A stretch of DNA of 64,000 bases from Escherichia coli (lineage in GTDB: Bacteria; Pseudomonadota; Gammaproteobacteria; Enterobacterales; Enterobacteriaceae): NCBI RefSeq assembly GCF_003334315.1, contig NZ_QOWR01000019.1; one strand, given 5' to 3'. The number at the start of each line of letters is the position of its first letter. Positions within the stretch are counted from its first letter, which is position 1. This document shows, one piece after another, positions 35,170 through 47,672 of this stretch. Below the pieces are notes generated by a model that did no database searches, was not told the origin of the DNA, and saw only the letters and a list, made by a program, of their open reading frames with translations. The translations under genes and the position numbers were made by a program.

Positions 35170-35318
35170 ATGGGGTGGAACGGTGAAAACCCTATTTTTG
35201 GAGGTGAAGGTAAGTTGTTGATAATTAGTGCTGCTGGAAGGTAAGGATAAAAAAGGGTGCTGCAGGAGAATGGGATGGTTTTGCTTTATTAACAACGGGC
35301 TAAACGTGTAGTATTTGA

Positions 35319-35523
35319 GTTCACTGCCGTACAGGCAGCTTAGAAAAACCTACCGTCTTGGCTAGCGGTTGCAGCGAACGTTCACTGCCGTACAGGCAGC
35401 TTAGAAAGGAACAATCTTGCAAAGGCTGTGAAAGTTGGCGTTCACTGCCGTACAGGCAGCTTAGAAATTCACAGGTAACATACTCCACCCACCATGTTCA
35501 CTGCCGTACAGACAGATAAAATG
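35319..35523 (+). CRISPR. Orphan (cas-less) type I-F CRISPR array: 3 full 28-bp repeats plus 1 degenerate terminal repeat, 3 spacers
   Basis: Repeat GTTCACTGCCGTACAGGCAGCTTAGAAA at 35319-35346, 35380-35407 and 35440-35467; degenerate copy GTTCACTGCCGTACAGACAGATAAAATG at 35496-35523. Spacers are 33, 32 and 28 bp. AT-rich putative leader at 35170-35318. No cas genes: clpA lies upstream, tRNA-Ser and infA downstream. Confidence 0.92.
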
Positions 35524-35525
35524 CG

Positions 35526-35556
35526 AAAAAAAAGCTCGCACTTTCGTACGAGCTCT
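35526..35556 (-). terminator. Rho-independent terminator downstream of tRNA-Ser
   Basis: Minus-strand hairpin GAGCTCGTACGAAAGTGCGAGC followed by TTTTTTTT. Confidence 0.8.
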
Positions 35557-35566
35557 TCTTTAAATA

Positions 35567-35654
35567 TGGCGGTGAGGGGGGGATTCGAACCCCCGATACG
35601 TTGCCGTATACACACTTTCCAGGCGTGCTCCTTCAGCCACTCGGACACCTCACC
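35567..35654 (-). tRNA. serW: tRNA-Ser (long variable arm, 88 nt)
   Basis: Minus-strand sequence GGTGAGGTGTCCGAGTGGCTGAAGGAGCACGCCTGGAAAGTGTGTATACGGCAACGTATCGGGGGTTCGAATCCCCCCCTCACCGCCA; T-arm GGTTCGAATCC, encoded CCA end; GGA anticodon inferred. Position between clpA and infA matches serW. Confidence 0.9.
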
Positions 35655-35840
35655 AAATTGTTTTGCTGCCAAACCTCATGGGTGGCAACGGGGCGCTACT
35701 ATAGGGAGTTGGAGTAAAACGGTCAAGAAGAATTTTAATGATAATTATTGTTTGCTCATACTGTAAACAACTTGTGCAGTATATCTACATCGAGACAAGT
35801 TATGGACTTATACTTCCAAAGTACTTCATACATATCACAA

Positions 35841-35866
35841 AATAAAAAGGCCGGTTAAACCGACCT
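35841..35866 (-). terminator. Rho-independent terminator of infA
   Basis: Minus-strand hairpin GGTCGGTTTAACCGGCC followed by TTTTT, just downstream of the infA stop. Confidence 0.75.
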
Positions 35867-35907
35867 TTTACTCGTTCTTTCTCTTCGCCCATCAGGCGGT
35901 AAAACAA

Positions 35908-36129
<222 letters not shown>

Positions 36130-36410
36130 ATCCTCTGGGGTATCACTACCGTAATTTGAACCGGCAAGATAATGCCGAAGTTCTGTAAATAAGTAAAGAT
36201 TTGCGCGCTAAATCGCAACAAACAGGTTCGGCACATTACTCCGAAAACACACGGCTAAGCCGCACCAAAAGCGCAACGTATAAGGGAGCGGTGAGATAAA
36301 CGATGGGCGTTACCTGACGCGAAAAATTCCTTATCGGCAGCGGGGTAATGAGCGTAACCAACTCTGCGACCGCAATTATAACACTCTGGGGAGAAATGTG
36401 CCGAAAACAT

Positions 36411-37115
36411 TCATTCTTGTGGTGAAAACAAGCACCGTGGTACCCAGAAATTATTCGGCAATCGTCCGAGGCGCATTTGATTGAGATAATTAAGGTAATC
36501 CCGGCGGGGAATTTCGCAGGCACCAAGCGATGCTGTGTGATCGTTAAGGACCTGGCAGTCGATAAGCTTACCGCCATGACCGATAAATTCCTCACAGAAT
36601 ACCAGAAGCGCCGTTTTAGACGCATTTTCCATCCGGCTGAACATGGACTCGCCACAAAATAGTGTTCCCTGGGCCACGCCGTACATACCGCCGACAAGCT
36701 CATCTTCACGCCAGACTTCAATGGAGTGGGCATGACCGAGTTCGTGAAGGCGATGGTAGGCTTCGACCACGCCACGCGTGATCCAGGTTCCTTCTTCGCG
36801 ATCGCTGGCACAGCCTTCAATGACCTGACCAAAAGCGTAATTCATCGTGACACGATAGGGCGAGCGTTTATGAAATCGCTTCATACTACGGCTGATATGC
36901 AGTGATTCTGGCCATAGCACCGCGCGGGGATCGGGCGACCACCAGAGGATGGGGTCGCCTGGAGAAAACCACGGAAAAATACCACGCTGGTAAGCCATTA
37001 ACAGGCGCGCAGGGCTAAGATCGCCCCCAAGTGCCAGCAGGCCGTTAGGCTCACGTAATGCGCCTTCCGGGGAAGGGAAGGCTATTGAATGGCGAGAAAG
37101 CTGAACCAGGCGCAT
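36411..37115 (-). CDS. aat: Leucyl/phenylalanyl-tRNA--protein transferase
   Basis: 234-aa ORF in the conserved aat-cydCD context. Confidence 0.92.
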
Positions 37116-37156
37116 GACCGCAAAACTCCACGCAAGTCGGATCGTTCAATAATAGC

Positions 37157-38878
37157 TTACAAACCCTGCTTGAACTGGTAATAACGCCCCTGTCTGGCAA
37201 GCAGTTCTGCGTGAGTACCTTGCTCAATAATTTGCCCGTTGTCCATCACTATTATTTGTTGGAAACGAGAGAGTCCGCGAAGTCGATGGGTGACCATTAA
37301 CACCGTTTTCTCACGCATCATTTCTGCAAGCAATTCAAGGATCTGGCTTTCGGTTGTGGCATCTAAGCCTTCGGTAGGTTCATCCAGCAACACCAGTGGC
37401 GCATCATGTAACAGCGCACGGGCGATAGCCAGACGGCGCAGTTCACCACCGGAGAGCTGGCGTCCGCCTTCACCTAACCAACTGTTGAGACCTGCATCCT
37501 CGAGCAGCTTCTCCAGACCAACGCGACGCAAGATCTCCGACAGAGCCTCATCACTACTGCCAGGCGAGGCGAGTAACAGATTATCACGCAGCGTGGCGCT
37601 AAACAGATGCACTCGCTGAGGAACAACGCTGATGGTCTGTCGTAGAGCCGCTTCATTCAGGCTGGCTATGGGGCTATCGTTAAGCAAAATCTCGCCCTGT
37701 TGCGGGTCCCAAGCGCGGGTCAGCAGTTGTAACAGTGTTGATTTGCCGCATCCGGTTCGCCCGAGAATCGCAATATGTTCCCCGGCGTTTACCTGAAGAG
37801 AAATCCCTTTAAGTGCCTGTTGGGATTGCTCCGGATAAGTGAACTGAACATCCCGTAATGTCAGCGAAACGCGATCGGCAACATGAGTTTGGGTATCAGG
37901 GAAGGTGACTTCCGGTTTTTGATCCGTTAAATCAGTGATCCGAACGGCAGAGGCAATGACTTGCCCCAGATGCTGAAATGCACCCGTTACTGGTGCCAGT
38001 GCTTCAAACGCGGCTAACGCGCAGAAGATAAACAGGGCAATTAACGCGCCGGGTTGAGCATTGCCGCCAACGCCGCCAGACGCCATCCACAGCATCAGGA
38101 TCACCGCTAACGCGCCAATGAGCAGCATTATCGCTTGCGACAATGCGGTCAGTTCAGATTGACGGCGTTGCGCTTCCAGCCATTGAATTTCTGTATTCTC
38201 TAGTTGCGTGCGATAACGATCGCTGGCACCAAAAATGGTCAGCTCAGCTTGCCCTTGCAGCCAGGCCGTCAGTTGTTGGCGATACTGTCCGCGAAGATGA
38301 GTCAGATTTTGCCCGGTGCTTTTTCCCGCACGATAAAACAGCGGTGGCATCAGGAAAAGCGTCAGTAACATAATGCCGCCCAGCGTAAAGGCGAGGGTGA
38401 AATCAAGGAAACTTAACCCGATTGTCACCACCATAATCACCACAAAAGCGCCCACCAGCGGTGAGATAACGCGCAGGTAAAGATGATCGAGCGTATCAAC
38501 ATCCGCCACCACGCGGTTGAGCAATTCGCCCTGACGATAGCGCGCCAGTCCGGCAGGGGAGAGGGGCAACAATTTGCTGAAGGTGTAAATGCGCAGATGC
38601 TGCAACACGCGGAAAGTCGCGTCGTGACTTACCAGACGTTCAAAATAACGCCCGGCAGTACGGGTGATTGCTGCACCACGCACGCCCGCAGCGGGTAGCA
38701 TATAGTTGAAGCTGTACAGTCCGGCAACCCCCGCAACCGCTGAGGCCGAGAGGAACCAGCCGGAAAGTGTCAACAGACCGATACTGGCGAGCAGCGTCAC
38801 AATTGCCAGCACAATACCAAGACTTAACATCCATTTATGACGTTTATACAGTGCCAGATAGGGTAGCAAAGCGCGCAT
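37157..38878 (-). CDS. cydC: ABC exporter CydC (glutathione/cysteine export, needed for cytochrome bd assembly)
   Basis: 573-aa ORF; N-terminal transmembrane domain plus C-terminal ABC ATPase (GRTGCGKST, LSGGELRR). Confidence 0.93.
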   Translation of the reverse strand: MRALLPYLALYKRHKWMLSLGIVLAIVTLLASIGLLTLSGWFLSASAVAGVAGLYSFNYMLPAAGVRGAAITRTAGRYFERLVSHDATFRVLQHLRIYTFSKLLPLSPAGLARYRQGELLNRVVADVDTLDHLYLRVISPLVGAFVVIMVVTIGLSFLDFTLAFTLGGIMLLTLFLMPPLFYRAGKSTGQNLTHLRGQYRQQLTAWLQGQAELTIFGASDRYRTQLENTEIQWLEAQRRQSELTALSQAIMLLIGALAVILMLWMASGGVGGNAQPGALIALFIFCALAAFEALAPVTGAFQHLGQVIASAVRITDLTDQKPEVTFPDTQTHVADRVSLTLRDVQFTYPEQSQQALKGISLQVNAGEHIAILGRTGCGKSTLLQLLTRAWDPQQGEILLNDSPIASLNEAALRQTISVVPQRVHLFSATLRDNLLLASPGSSDEALSEILRRVGLEKLLEDAGLNSWLGEGGRQLSGGELRRLAIARALLHDAPLVLLDEPTEGLDATTESQILELLAEMMREKTVLMVTHRLRGLSRFQQIIVMDNGQIIEQGTHAELLARQGRYYQFKQGL

Positions 38879-40645
38879 TTAAATCTCCTCCTGACGATGG
38901 GCCAGTAATGTGGCGAATGGGCCACCAGCCACACTTAATTCCGCGTAACGTCCTTGCTCAATAATCCGGCCATCCTGCATAACCCAAATGACATCCCAGT
39001 CAGCAAGATCTTCTAACTGGTGGGTGACCATTAACGTTGTCTGGCGCAGAGAGGCGGCATTCAGCGCCTCCATTACGCGCTGTTCACTGTGAGCATCAAG
39101 GCTGGCAGCGGGTTCATCCAACAGTAATAGCGAACAGGGATTTAGTAACGCACGGGCCACCGCCACGCGCTGCGCCTGCCCCACGGAAAGGCGGGCAGCC
39201 TGGTCGCCAACAGGCGTATCAACGCCTTGTGGCAGGAGCAGTAGAAACTCGCTGACCCAGGCGTTATCCAGCGCTGCTTGTAATTCTTGTTCGCTGGCAT
39301 CAGGTCGCGCCAGTAGTACGTTATCCCGTAATGTTGCTGCCGGTAATTGTGGGTTTTGCCCAACCCAGGAGAGATGTTTACGCCATGATTCTGGTGATAA
39401 ATCGCGTAATTCTATCCCGTTGATTCGTAATGATCCCTGATATGAGAGAAAACCAGAAAGCGCGTTCAGCAGTGAGCTTTTACCTGAACCGCTGCGACCA
39501 ACCAACACTGCACGTTGGCCTGCTGGCAAAGTAAAGTTCAGCGGTCCGGCCAGCGTTTTACCTTCCGGCGACGTGATAAACAGATCCTCGGCCTCAATGG
39601 TCAGCGGATCGGTTAATGCTAATTCCGCCTCACCGCGCTGCGGATGGGCGAGCGGGGTTTCCATAAACGTTTTCAGACTGTCAGCTGCACCAACAGCCTG
39701 GGCTTTAGCATGATAAAACGTACCGAGATCGCGTAATGGCTGGAAAAACTCTGGCGCAAGGATCAGGGCCAGAAAACCCGCAGCCAGCGTCACGCCAGTA
39801 TCGTAGTGACCAAAATCCAGCTCGCCGAGATAGGAAAAACCAAAGTAGACCGCCACCAGAGCAATTGACAGCGAGGTAAAAAATTCGAGAATGCCGGAGG
39901 ATAAAAACGCCAGTCGTAGCACTTCCATTGTCCGTTGGCGGAAATCTTCCGAAGCAGAACGAATACTTTCAATTTCAGCTTCACCACGACCAAAAATACG
40001 CAATGTTTCCATGCCGCGCAGGCGATCGAGGAAATGCCCACTTAAGCGAGCAAGAGCGAGAAAGTTACGTCGGTTAGCATCGGCAGCCCCCATTCCAACC
40101 AGCGCCATAAACAACGGAATTAGCGGTGCTGTGCCCAGCAGAATGAGCGCCGCAGCCCAGTTAGAGGGGAAGATCGCCACCACAATCAGCAACGGCACCG
40201 ACACTGCCAGCGCCATTTGCGGCAGATAGCGTGCATAGTAATCATGCATATCGTCAATTTGCTCGAGTACCAGCGTCGCCCAGCTCCCCGCAGGTTTACC
40301 CTGAATCCACGCTGGCCCTGCTTGTTGCAGACGGTCGAGAACCTGACGGCGGATGGCAAAGCGGATATGCTGCCCGGCGTGATAACCCACCCGTTCGCGT
40401 AACCAGACCACCCATGCGCGCAGTACAAAGGTCAGAACCAGTAACGTAAAGGGAAGCAGCAGGGCTTCACGGGGAATATTCTCCATAATCATATGTTGCA
40501 GAATTCGCGCCATGAACCAGGCCTGGGCAATGATCAATATGCCGCTCACAAAGCCCAGCAGACGAGAAATATTCAGCCAACGTTGGGAGATGACGCTTTG
40601 CTGTTTTAACCAGCGGGTTAACTCTTTTTGACGAGATTTATTCAT
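38879..40645 (-). CDS. cydD: ABC exporter CydD
   Basis: 588-aa ORF; transmembrane domain plus ABC ATPase (GRSGSGKSS); directly adjacent to cydC. Confidence 0.93.
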   Translation of the reverse strand: MNKSRQKELTRWLKQQSVISQRWLNISRLLGFVSGILIIAQAWFMARILQHMIMENIPREALLLPFTLLVLTFVLRAWVVWLRERVGYHAGQHIRFAIRRQVLDRLQQAGPAWIQGKPAGSWATLVLEQIDDMHDYYARYLPQMALAVSVPLLIVVAIFPSNWAAALILLGTAPLIPLFMALVGMGAADANRRNFLALARLSGHFLDRLRGMETLRIFGRGEAEIESIRSASEDFRQRTMEVLRLAFLSSGILEFFTSLSIALVAVYFGFSYLGELDFGHYDTGVTLAAGFLALILAPEFFQPLRDLGTFYHAKAQAVGAADSLKTFMETPLAHPQRGEAELALTDPLTIEAEDLFITSPEGKTLAGPLNFTLPAGQRAVLVGRSGSGKSSLLNALSGFLSYQGSLRINGIELRDLSPESWRKHLSWVGQNPQLPAATLRDNVLLARPDASEQELQAALDNAWVSEFLLLLPQGVDTPVGDQAARLSVGQAQRVAVARALLNPCSLLLLDEPAASLDAHSEQRVMEALNAASLRQTTLMVTHQLEDLADWDVIWVMQDGRIIEQGRYAELSVAGGPFATLLAHRQEEI

Positions 40646-40701
40646 TGCACGCTTAGCAGGTGAGTTATCAGAATTATTTGCAGAGCAATGTTACAACGGG
40701 G

Positions 40702-40738
40702 AAAAAATAAAGGCGACCCATAGTCGCATGGTGTCGCC
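40702..40738 (-). terminator. Rho-independent terminator of trxB
   Basis: Minus-strand hairpin GGCGACACCATGCGACTATGGGTCGCC followed by TTTATTTTTT. Confidence 0.75.
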
Positions 40739-40767
40739 TTCTTTACTTTTGTTACTGATTTGTAAAA

Positions 40768-41850
<1,083 letters not shown>

Positions 41851-42277
41851 TCAAATTCTCCCGTCATTATCACCTCTGCTACTTAAATTTCCCGCTTTAT
41901 AAGCCGATTAAATGATGAATAAACGCCCCTGTTAATGAATATCTGGCATGTTGTACTAAAAATCGATGTTTTGCTTTGACAATCCCCTGGTGTTTTGCGA
42001 AAACATTCGAGGAAGAAAAAAAACAGTATTCTTATATGCGCATAACCATGCATGTAAATACCATGTTTACCGTGCTAGTGAAATCTACGTATGGCGTGGA
42101 CAGACGCCATTCGTGATGTCGATAGCTGCCACAAGGCAACGGTCTTCTCACCGTAGACCCAGGCATTGCGCGCCGTGAATCTTCATGATTTCGGTCTATC
42201 GTGACGGGTAGCGACTCTGAACAGTGATGTTTCAGGGTCAGACAGGAGTAGGGAAGGAATACAGAGAGACAATAATA

Positions 42278-42772
42278 ATGGTAGATAGCAAGAAGCGCCC
42301 TGGCAAAGATCTCGACCGTATCGATCGTAACATTCTTAATGAGTTGCAAAAGGATGGGCGTATTTCTAACGTCGAGCTTTCTAAACGTGTGGGACTTTCC
42401 CCAACGCCGTGCCTTGAGCGTGTGCGTCGGCTGGAAAGACAAGGGTTTATTCAGGGCTATACGGCGCTGCTTAACCCCCATTATCTGGATGCATCACTTC
42501 TGGTATTCGTTGAGATTACTCTGAATCGTGGCGCACCGGATGTGTTTGAACAATTCAATACCGCTGTACAAAAACTTGAAGAAATTCAGGAGTGTCATTT
42601 AGTATCCGGTGATTTCGACTACCTGTTGAAAACACGCGTGCCGGATATGTCAGCCTACCGTAAGTTGCTGGGGGAAACCCTGCTGCGTCTGCCTGGCGTC
42701 AATGACACACGGACATACGTTGTTATGGAAGAAGTCAAGCAGAGTAATCGTCTGGTTATTAAGACGCGCTAA
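42278..42772 (+). CDS. lrp: Leucine-responsive regulatory protein Lrp
   Basis: ORF track 42224..42772; start set to the ATG at 42278 (MVDSKKRPGKDLDRIDRNILNEL...), 164 aa. Confidence 0.95.
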   Translation: MVDSKKRPGKDLDRIDRNILNELQKDGRISNVELSKRVGLSPTPCLERVRRLERQGFIQGYTALLNPHYLDASLLVFVEITLNRGAPDVFEQFNTAVQKLEEIQECHLVSGDFDYLLKTRVPDMSAYRKLLGETLLRLPGVNDTRTYVVMEEVKQSNRLVIKTR

Positions 42773-42906
42773 CACGGAACAGGTGCAAAATCGGCGTATT
42801 TTGATTACACTCCTGTTAATCCATACAGCAACAGTACTGGGGTAACCTGGTACTGTTGTCCGTTTTAGCATCGGGCAGGAAAAGCCTGTAACCTGGAGAG
42901 CCTTTC

Positions 42907-45900
42907 TTGAGCCAGGAATACACTGAAGACAAAGAAGTCACATTGACAAAGTTAAGTAGCGGCCGCCGCCTTCTGGAGGCGTTGCTGATCCTTATTGTCC
43001 TGTTTGCCGTCTGGTTGATGGCTGCCTTACTAAGCTTTAACCCTTCGGACCCCAGCTGGTCGCAAACGGCCTGGCATGAACCTATCCATAATTTAGGTGG
43101 GATGCCCGGTGCGTGGTTGGCAGATACGCTGTTCTTTATTTTTGGCGTGATGGCTTACACCATTCCCGTCATTATTGTCGGCGGTTGTTGGTTTGCCTGG
43201 CGTCATCAGTCCAGCGACGAATACATTGATTATTTTGCCGTTTCGCTACGCATCATTGGCGTTTTGGCGCTCATCCTTACCTCCTGTGGTCTGGCGGCAA
43301 TCAACGCTGACGATATCTGGTATTTTGCCTCCGGTGGCGTCATTGGCAGCTTACTAAGCACTACGCTACAACCACTGCTACACAGTAGCGGGGGAACTAT
43401 TGCGCTGCTCTGCGTTTGGGCAGCGGGCCTGACGTTGTTCACCGGTTGGTCATGGGTGACCATTGCTGAAAAACTCGGCGGCTGGATTTTAAACATTCTC
43501 ACCTTCGCCAGTAATCGTACCCGTCGCGATGATACCTGGGTCGATGAAGATGAGTATGAAGACGACGAAGAGTATGAAGATGAAAATCACGGCAAACAGC
43601 ATGAATCACGCCGTGCCCGTATTCTTCGCGGCGCGCTAGCGCGTCGTAAACGGTTGGCGGAAAAATTCATTAATCCGATGGGGCGGCAAACAGACGCTGC
43701 GTTGTTCTCCGGTAAGCGGATGGATGATGACGAAGAGATTACCTACACTGCACGCGGTGTGGCTGCCGACCCGGACGACGTCCTATTTTCGGGCAATCGT
43801 GCAACGCAGCCAGAATATGACGAATACGATCCATTATTAAACGGTGCGCCAATTACCGAACCTGTCGCTGTAGCAGCTGCTGCTACCACGGCGACACAAA
43901 GCTGGGCTGCGCCGGTTGAACCTGTGACTCAGACGCCGCCTGTTGCCTCTGTTGATGTTCCACCTGCGCAACCTACAGTAGCCTGGCAGCCTGTACCGGG
44001 TCCACAAACGGGAGAGCCGGTTATTGCTCCTGCACCGGAAGGTTACCCACAGCAGTCACAATATGCGCAGCCTGCATTGCAATATAATGAGCCGCTGCAA
44101 CAACCAGTACAGCCGCAGCAGCCGTATTATGCACCTGCAGCTGAACAACCTGCGCAACAGCCGTATTATGCCCCTGCGCCAGAACAACCGGTGGCAGGTA
44201 ACGCCTGGCAAGCCGAAGAGCAGCAATCCACTTTTGCTCCACAGTCTACATACCAGACTGAGCAAACTTATCAGCAGCCAGCCGCTCAGGAGCCGTTGTA
44301 CCAACAGCCGCAACCCGTTGAACAGCAGCCTGTTGTGGAGCCTGAACCCGTTGTAGAAGAGACAAAACCCGCGCGTCCGCCGCTTTACTACTTTGAAGAA
44401 GTTGAAGAGAAGCGAGCCCGTGAACGTGAACAACTTGCGGCCTGGTATCAACCGATTCCAGAACCGGTTAAAGAACCAGAACCGATCAAATCTTCGCTGA
44501 AAGCACCTTCTGTTGCAGCAGTACCTCCAGTAGAAGCCGCTGCCGCTGTTTCCCCGCTGGCATCTGGCGTGAAAAAAGCGACACTGGCGACGGGGGCTGC
44601 CGCAACCGTTGCCGCGCCAGTCTTCAGTCTGGCAAATAGCGGTGGACCGCGTCCTCAGGTCAAAGAGGGGATTGGTCCGCAGTTGCCACGACCGAAACGT
44701 ATCCGCGTGCCAACTCGTCGTGAACTGGCGTCTTACGGTATTAAGCTGCCCTCACAGCGTGCGGCGGAAGAAAAAGCCCGTGAAGCCCAGCGCAATCAGT
44801 ACGATTCTGGCGATCAGTACAACGATGATGAAATCGATGCGATGCAGCAGGATGAACTGGCACGTCAGTTCGCCCAGACACAGCAGCAACGCTATGGCGA
44901 ACAGTATCAACATGATGTGCCCGTAAACGCAGAAGATGCAGATGCTGCGGCAGAGGCTGAACTGGCTCGTCAGTTTGCGCAAACTCAACAACAACGTTAT
45001 TCCGGCGAACAACCGGCTGGGGCGAATCCGTTCTCGCTGGATGATTTTGAATTTTCGCCAATGAAAGCGTTGCTGGATGATGGTCCACACGAACCGTTGT
45101 TTACGCCAATTGTTGAACCTGTACAGCAGCCGCAACAACCGGTTGCACCGCAGCAGCAATATCAGCAGCCGCAACAACCAGTTCCGCCGCAGCCGCAGTA
45201 TCAGCAGCCACAACAGCCGGTTGCGCCGCAGCCACAATATCAGCAGCCGCAACAACCGGTTGCGCCACAGCAGCAATATCAGCAGCCGCAACAACCGGTT
45301 GCGCCGCAGCAGCAGTATCAGCAGCCACAACAGCCAGTTGCGCCACAACCGCAGGATACCCTGCTTCATCCGCTGTTGATGCGTAATGGCGACAGCCGTC
45401 CGTTGCATAAACCGACGACGCCGCTGCCTTCTCTGGATTTGCTGACACCGCCGCCGAGCGAAGTGGAGCCGGTAGATACCTTTGCGCTTGAACAAATGGC
45501 TCGTCTGGTGGAAGCGCGTCTGGCTGATTTCCGTATTAAAGCCGATGTCGTCAATTACTCTCCGGGGCCGGTTATCACTCGCTTTGAACTTAACCTGGCT
45601 CCTGGCGTAAAAGCGGCGCGCATTTCTAACTTGTCACGGGACCTTGCCCGTTCACTTTCGACGGTGGCGGTGCGTGTCGTTGAAGTTATTCCTGGCAAAC
45701 CCTATGTAGGTCTGGAGTTACCAAATAAAAAACGACAAACCGTTTATCTGCGCGAAGTTTTGGATAACGCCAAATTCCGCGATAATCCGTCGCCATTAAC
45801 CGTGGTGCTGGGTAAAGATATCGCCGGTGAGCCGGTGGTTGCCGATCTGGCGAAAATGCCGCACTTGTTGGTTGCGGGGACTACCGGTTCCGGTAAATCT

Positions 45901-46896
45901 GTCGGTGTGAACGCGATGATCCTGAGCATGCTTTATAAAGCACAGCCAGAAGATGTGCGTTTCATCATGATCGACCCGAAAATGCTGGAGCTTTCGGTGT
46001 ATGAAGGCATTCCGCACCTGTTAACGGAAGTCGTTACTGATATGAAAGATGCCGCCAACGCGCTGCGCTGGTGTGTTAACGAGATGGAGCGTCGGTATAA
46101 ACTGATGTCTGCGCTGGGTGTGCGTAATCTGGCGGGTTATAACGAAAAAATTGCTGAAGCCGATCGCATGATGCGTCCGATTCCAGACCCGTACTGGAAG
46201 CCGGGTGACAGTATGGATGCCCAGCATCCGGTGCTGAAAAAAGAACCATACATTGTGGTGTTGGTTGACGAATTTGCCGACCTGATGATGACGGTAGGTA
46301 AAAAAGTGGAAGAGCTGATAGCACGTCTGGCGCAAAAAGCCCGTGCCGCGGGTATCCACCTCGTACTGGCAACTCAGCGTCCATCGGTTGATGTTATTAC
46401 TGGTCTGATTAAAGCGAATATTCCGACCCGTATCGCCTTTACCGTATCCAGTAAGATTGACTCACGTACCATTCTTGATCAGGCTGGCGCGGAATCACTG
46501 CTGGGGATGGGGGATATGCTCTACTCTGGGCCGAACTCCACGTTGCCGGTACGTGTCCATGGTGCTTTTGTTCGCGATCAGGAAGTTCATGCCGTGGTGC
46601 AGGACTGGAAAGCGCGTGGTCGCCCACAGTATGTTGATGGCATCACTTCCGACAGTGAAAGCGAAGGTGGCGCGGGCGGTTTCGATGGCGCTGAAGAACT
46701 GGATCCGTTGTTCGATCAGGCGGTGCAGTTTGTCACTGAAAAACGCAAAGCGTCAATTTCTGGCGTACAGCGTCAGTTCCGCATTGGTTATAACCGTGCA
46801 GCGCGTATTATCGAACAGATGGAAGCGCAGGGGATTGTCAGCGAACAGGGGCACAACGGTAATCGTGAAGTGCTGGCCCCACCGCCGTTTGACTAA
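42907..46896 (+). CDS. ftsK: DNA translocase FtsK
   Basis: 1329-aa ORF: N-terminal membrane domain, long Pro/Gln-rich linker, C-terminal RecA-like motor ([12 protein letters not shown]) and gamma domain. Confidence 0.95.
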   Translation: MSQEYTEDKEVTLTKLSSGRRLLEALLILIVLFAVWLMAALLSFNPSDPSWSQTAWHEPIHNLGGMPGAWLADTLFFIFGVMAYTIPVIIVGGCWFAWRHQSSDEYIDYFAVSLRIIGVLALILTSCGLAAINADDIWYFASGGVIGSLLSTTLQPLLHSSGGTIALLCVWAAGLTLFTGWSWVTIAEKLGGWILNILTFASNRTRRDDTWVDEDEYEDDEEYEDENHGKQHESRRARILRGALARRKRLAEKFINPMGRQTDAALFSGKRMDDDEEITYTARGVAADPDDVLFSGNRATQPEYDEYDPLLNGAPITEPVAVAAAATTATQSWAAPVEPVTQTPPVASVDVPPAQPTVAWQPVPGPQTGEPVIAPAPEGYPQQSQYAQPALQYNEPLQQPVQPQQPYYAPAAEQPAQQPYYAPAPEQPVAGNAWQAEEQQSTFAPQSTYQTEQTYQQPAAQEPLYQQPQPVEQQPVVEPEPVVEETKPARPPLYYFEEVEEKRAREREQLAAWYQPIPEPVKEPEPIKSSLKAPSVAAVPPVEAAAAVSPLASGVKKATLATGAAATVAAPVFSLANSGGPRPQVKEGIGPQLPRPKRIRVPTRRELASYGIKLPSQRAAEEKAREAQRNQYDSGDQYNDDEIDAMQQDELARQFAQTQQQRYGEQYQHDVPVNAEDADAAAEAELARQFAQTQQQRYSGEQPAGANPFSLDDFEFSPMKALLDDGPHEPLFTPIVEPVQQPQQPVAPQQQYQQPQQPVPPQPQYQQPQQPVAPQPQYQQPQQPVAPQQQYQQPQQPVAPQQQYQQPQQPVAPQPQDTLLHPLLMRNGDSRPLHKPTTPLPSLDLLTPPPSEVEPVDTFALEQMARLVEARLADFRIKADVVNYSPGPVITRFELNLAPGVKAARISNLSRDLARSLSTVAVRVVEVIPGKPYVGLELPNKKRQTVYLREVLDNAKFRDNPSPLTVVLGKDIAGEPVVADLAKMPHLLVAGTTGSGKSVGVNAMILSMLYKAQPEDVRFIMIDPKMLELSVYEGIPHLLTEVVTDMKDAANALRWCVNEMERRYKLMSALGVRNLAGYNEKIAEADRMMRPIPDPYWKPGDSMDAQHPVLKKEPYIVVLVDEFADLMMTVGKKVEELIARLAQKARAAGIHLVLATQRPSVDVITGLIKANIPTRIAFTVSSKIDSRTILDQAGAESLLGMGDMLYSGPNSTLPVRVHGAFVRDQEVHAVVQDWKARGRPQYVDGITSDSESEGGAGGFDGAEELDPLFDQAVQFVTEKRKASISGVQRQFRIGYNRAARIIEQMEAQGIVSEQGHNGNREVLAPPPFD
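45124..45357 (+). repeat. ftsK: Six tandem 39-bp repeats encoding the [10 protein letters not shown](Q/P)QY module of the FtsK linker
   Basis: Near-identical units CAGCAGCCGCAACAACCGGTTGCGCCGCAGCAGCAATAT repeated head-to-tail; the protein shows [14 protein letters not shown] six times. A second duplicated module ([14 protein letters not shown]) lies at about 44854-45000. Confidence 0.85.
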
Positions 46897-46905
46897 TTAA
46901 TGCAT

Positions 46906-46940
46906 TGCCGGATAAGGCGCGGTAGCGTCGCATCCGGCAC
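46906..46940. repeat. REP element downstream of ftsK
   Basis: TGCCGGATAAGGCGCGGTAGCGTCGCATCCGGCAC matches the REP consensus. Confidence 0.8.
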
Positions 46941-47050
46941 TCTATCAACTGAAAATTCAGTATTTTCTTCTTTCCTCAAGCTGATTATTAGCCTGGAATA
47001 GAGAGTAGAGGGAACTCCCGATCGGGAGTGACGTAATTTGAGGAATAATG

Positions 47051-47662
47051 ATGAAAAAAATTGCCATCACCTGTGCATTACTCTCAAGCTTAGTAGCAAG
47101 CAGCGTTTGGGCTGATGCCGCAAGCGATCTGAAAAGCCGCCTGGATAAAGTCAGCAGCTTCCACGCCAGCTTCACACAAAAAGTGACTGATGGTAGCGGC
47201 GCGGCGGTGCAGGAAGGTCAGGGCGATCTGTGGGTGAAACGTCCAAACTTATTCAACTGGCATATGACACAACCTGATGAAAGCATTCTGGTTTCTGACG
47301 GTAAAACACTGTGGTTCTATAACCCGTTCGTTGAGCAAGCTACGGCAACCTGGCTGAAAGATGCCACCGGTAATACGCCGTTTATGCTGATTGCCCGCAA
47401 CCAGTCCAGCGACTGGCAGCAGTACAATATCAAACAGAATGGCGATGACTTTGTCCTGACGCCGAAAGCCAGCAATGGCAATCTGAAGCAGTTCACCATT
47501 AACGTGGGACGTGATGGCACAATCCATCAGTTTAGCGCGGTGGAGCAGGACGATCAGCGCAGCAGTTATCAACTGAAATCCCAGCAAAATGGGGCTGTGG
47601 ATGCAGCGAAATTTACCTTCACCCCGCCGCAAGGCGTCACGGTAGATGATCAACGTAAGTAG
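47051..47662 (+). CDS. lolA: Outer-membrane lipoprotein carrier protein LolA
   Basis: ORF track 47048..47662; annotated from the second ATG ([21 protein letters not shown], signal peptide), 203 aa. Confidence 0.92.
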
Positions 47663-47672
47663 AGGCACCTGA

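Noticed and set aside
35469-35672. 67-aa minus-strand ORF from the six-frame track
   Set aside because: It overlaps the tRNA-Ser gene, its terminator and the degenerate CRISPR repeat; it is an artefact of reading through structured RNA genes.
35108-35907. Looked for cas genes, an integrase or prophage remnants around the CRISPR array and tRNA-Ser, a common integration hotspot
   Set aside because: None present: clpA ends at 35107 and an intact infA follows at 35908, with only the array, tRNA and terminators between.
44752-45495. 247-aa minus-strand ORF with repetitive LLRLLILLL sequence inside ftsK
   Set aside because: It is the antisense reading of the ftsK tandem repeats; the low-complexity translation comes from the repeat, not a real gene.
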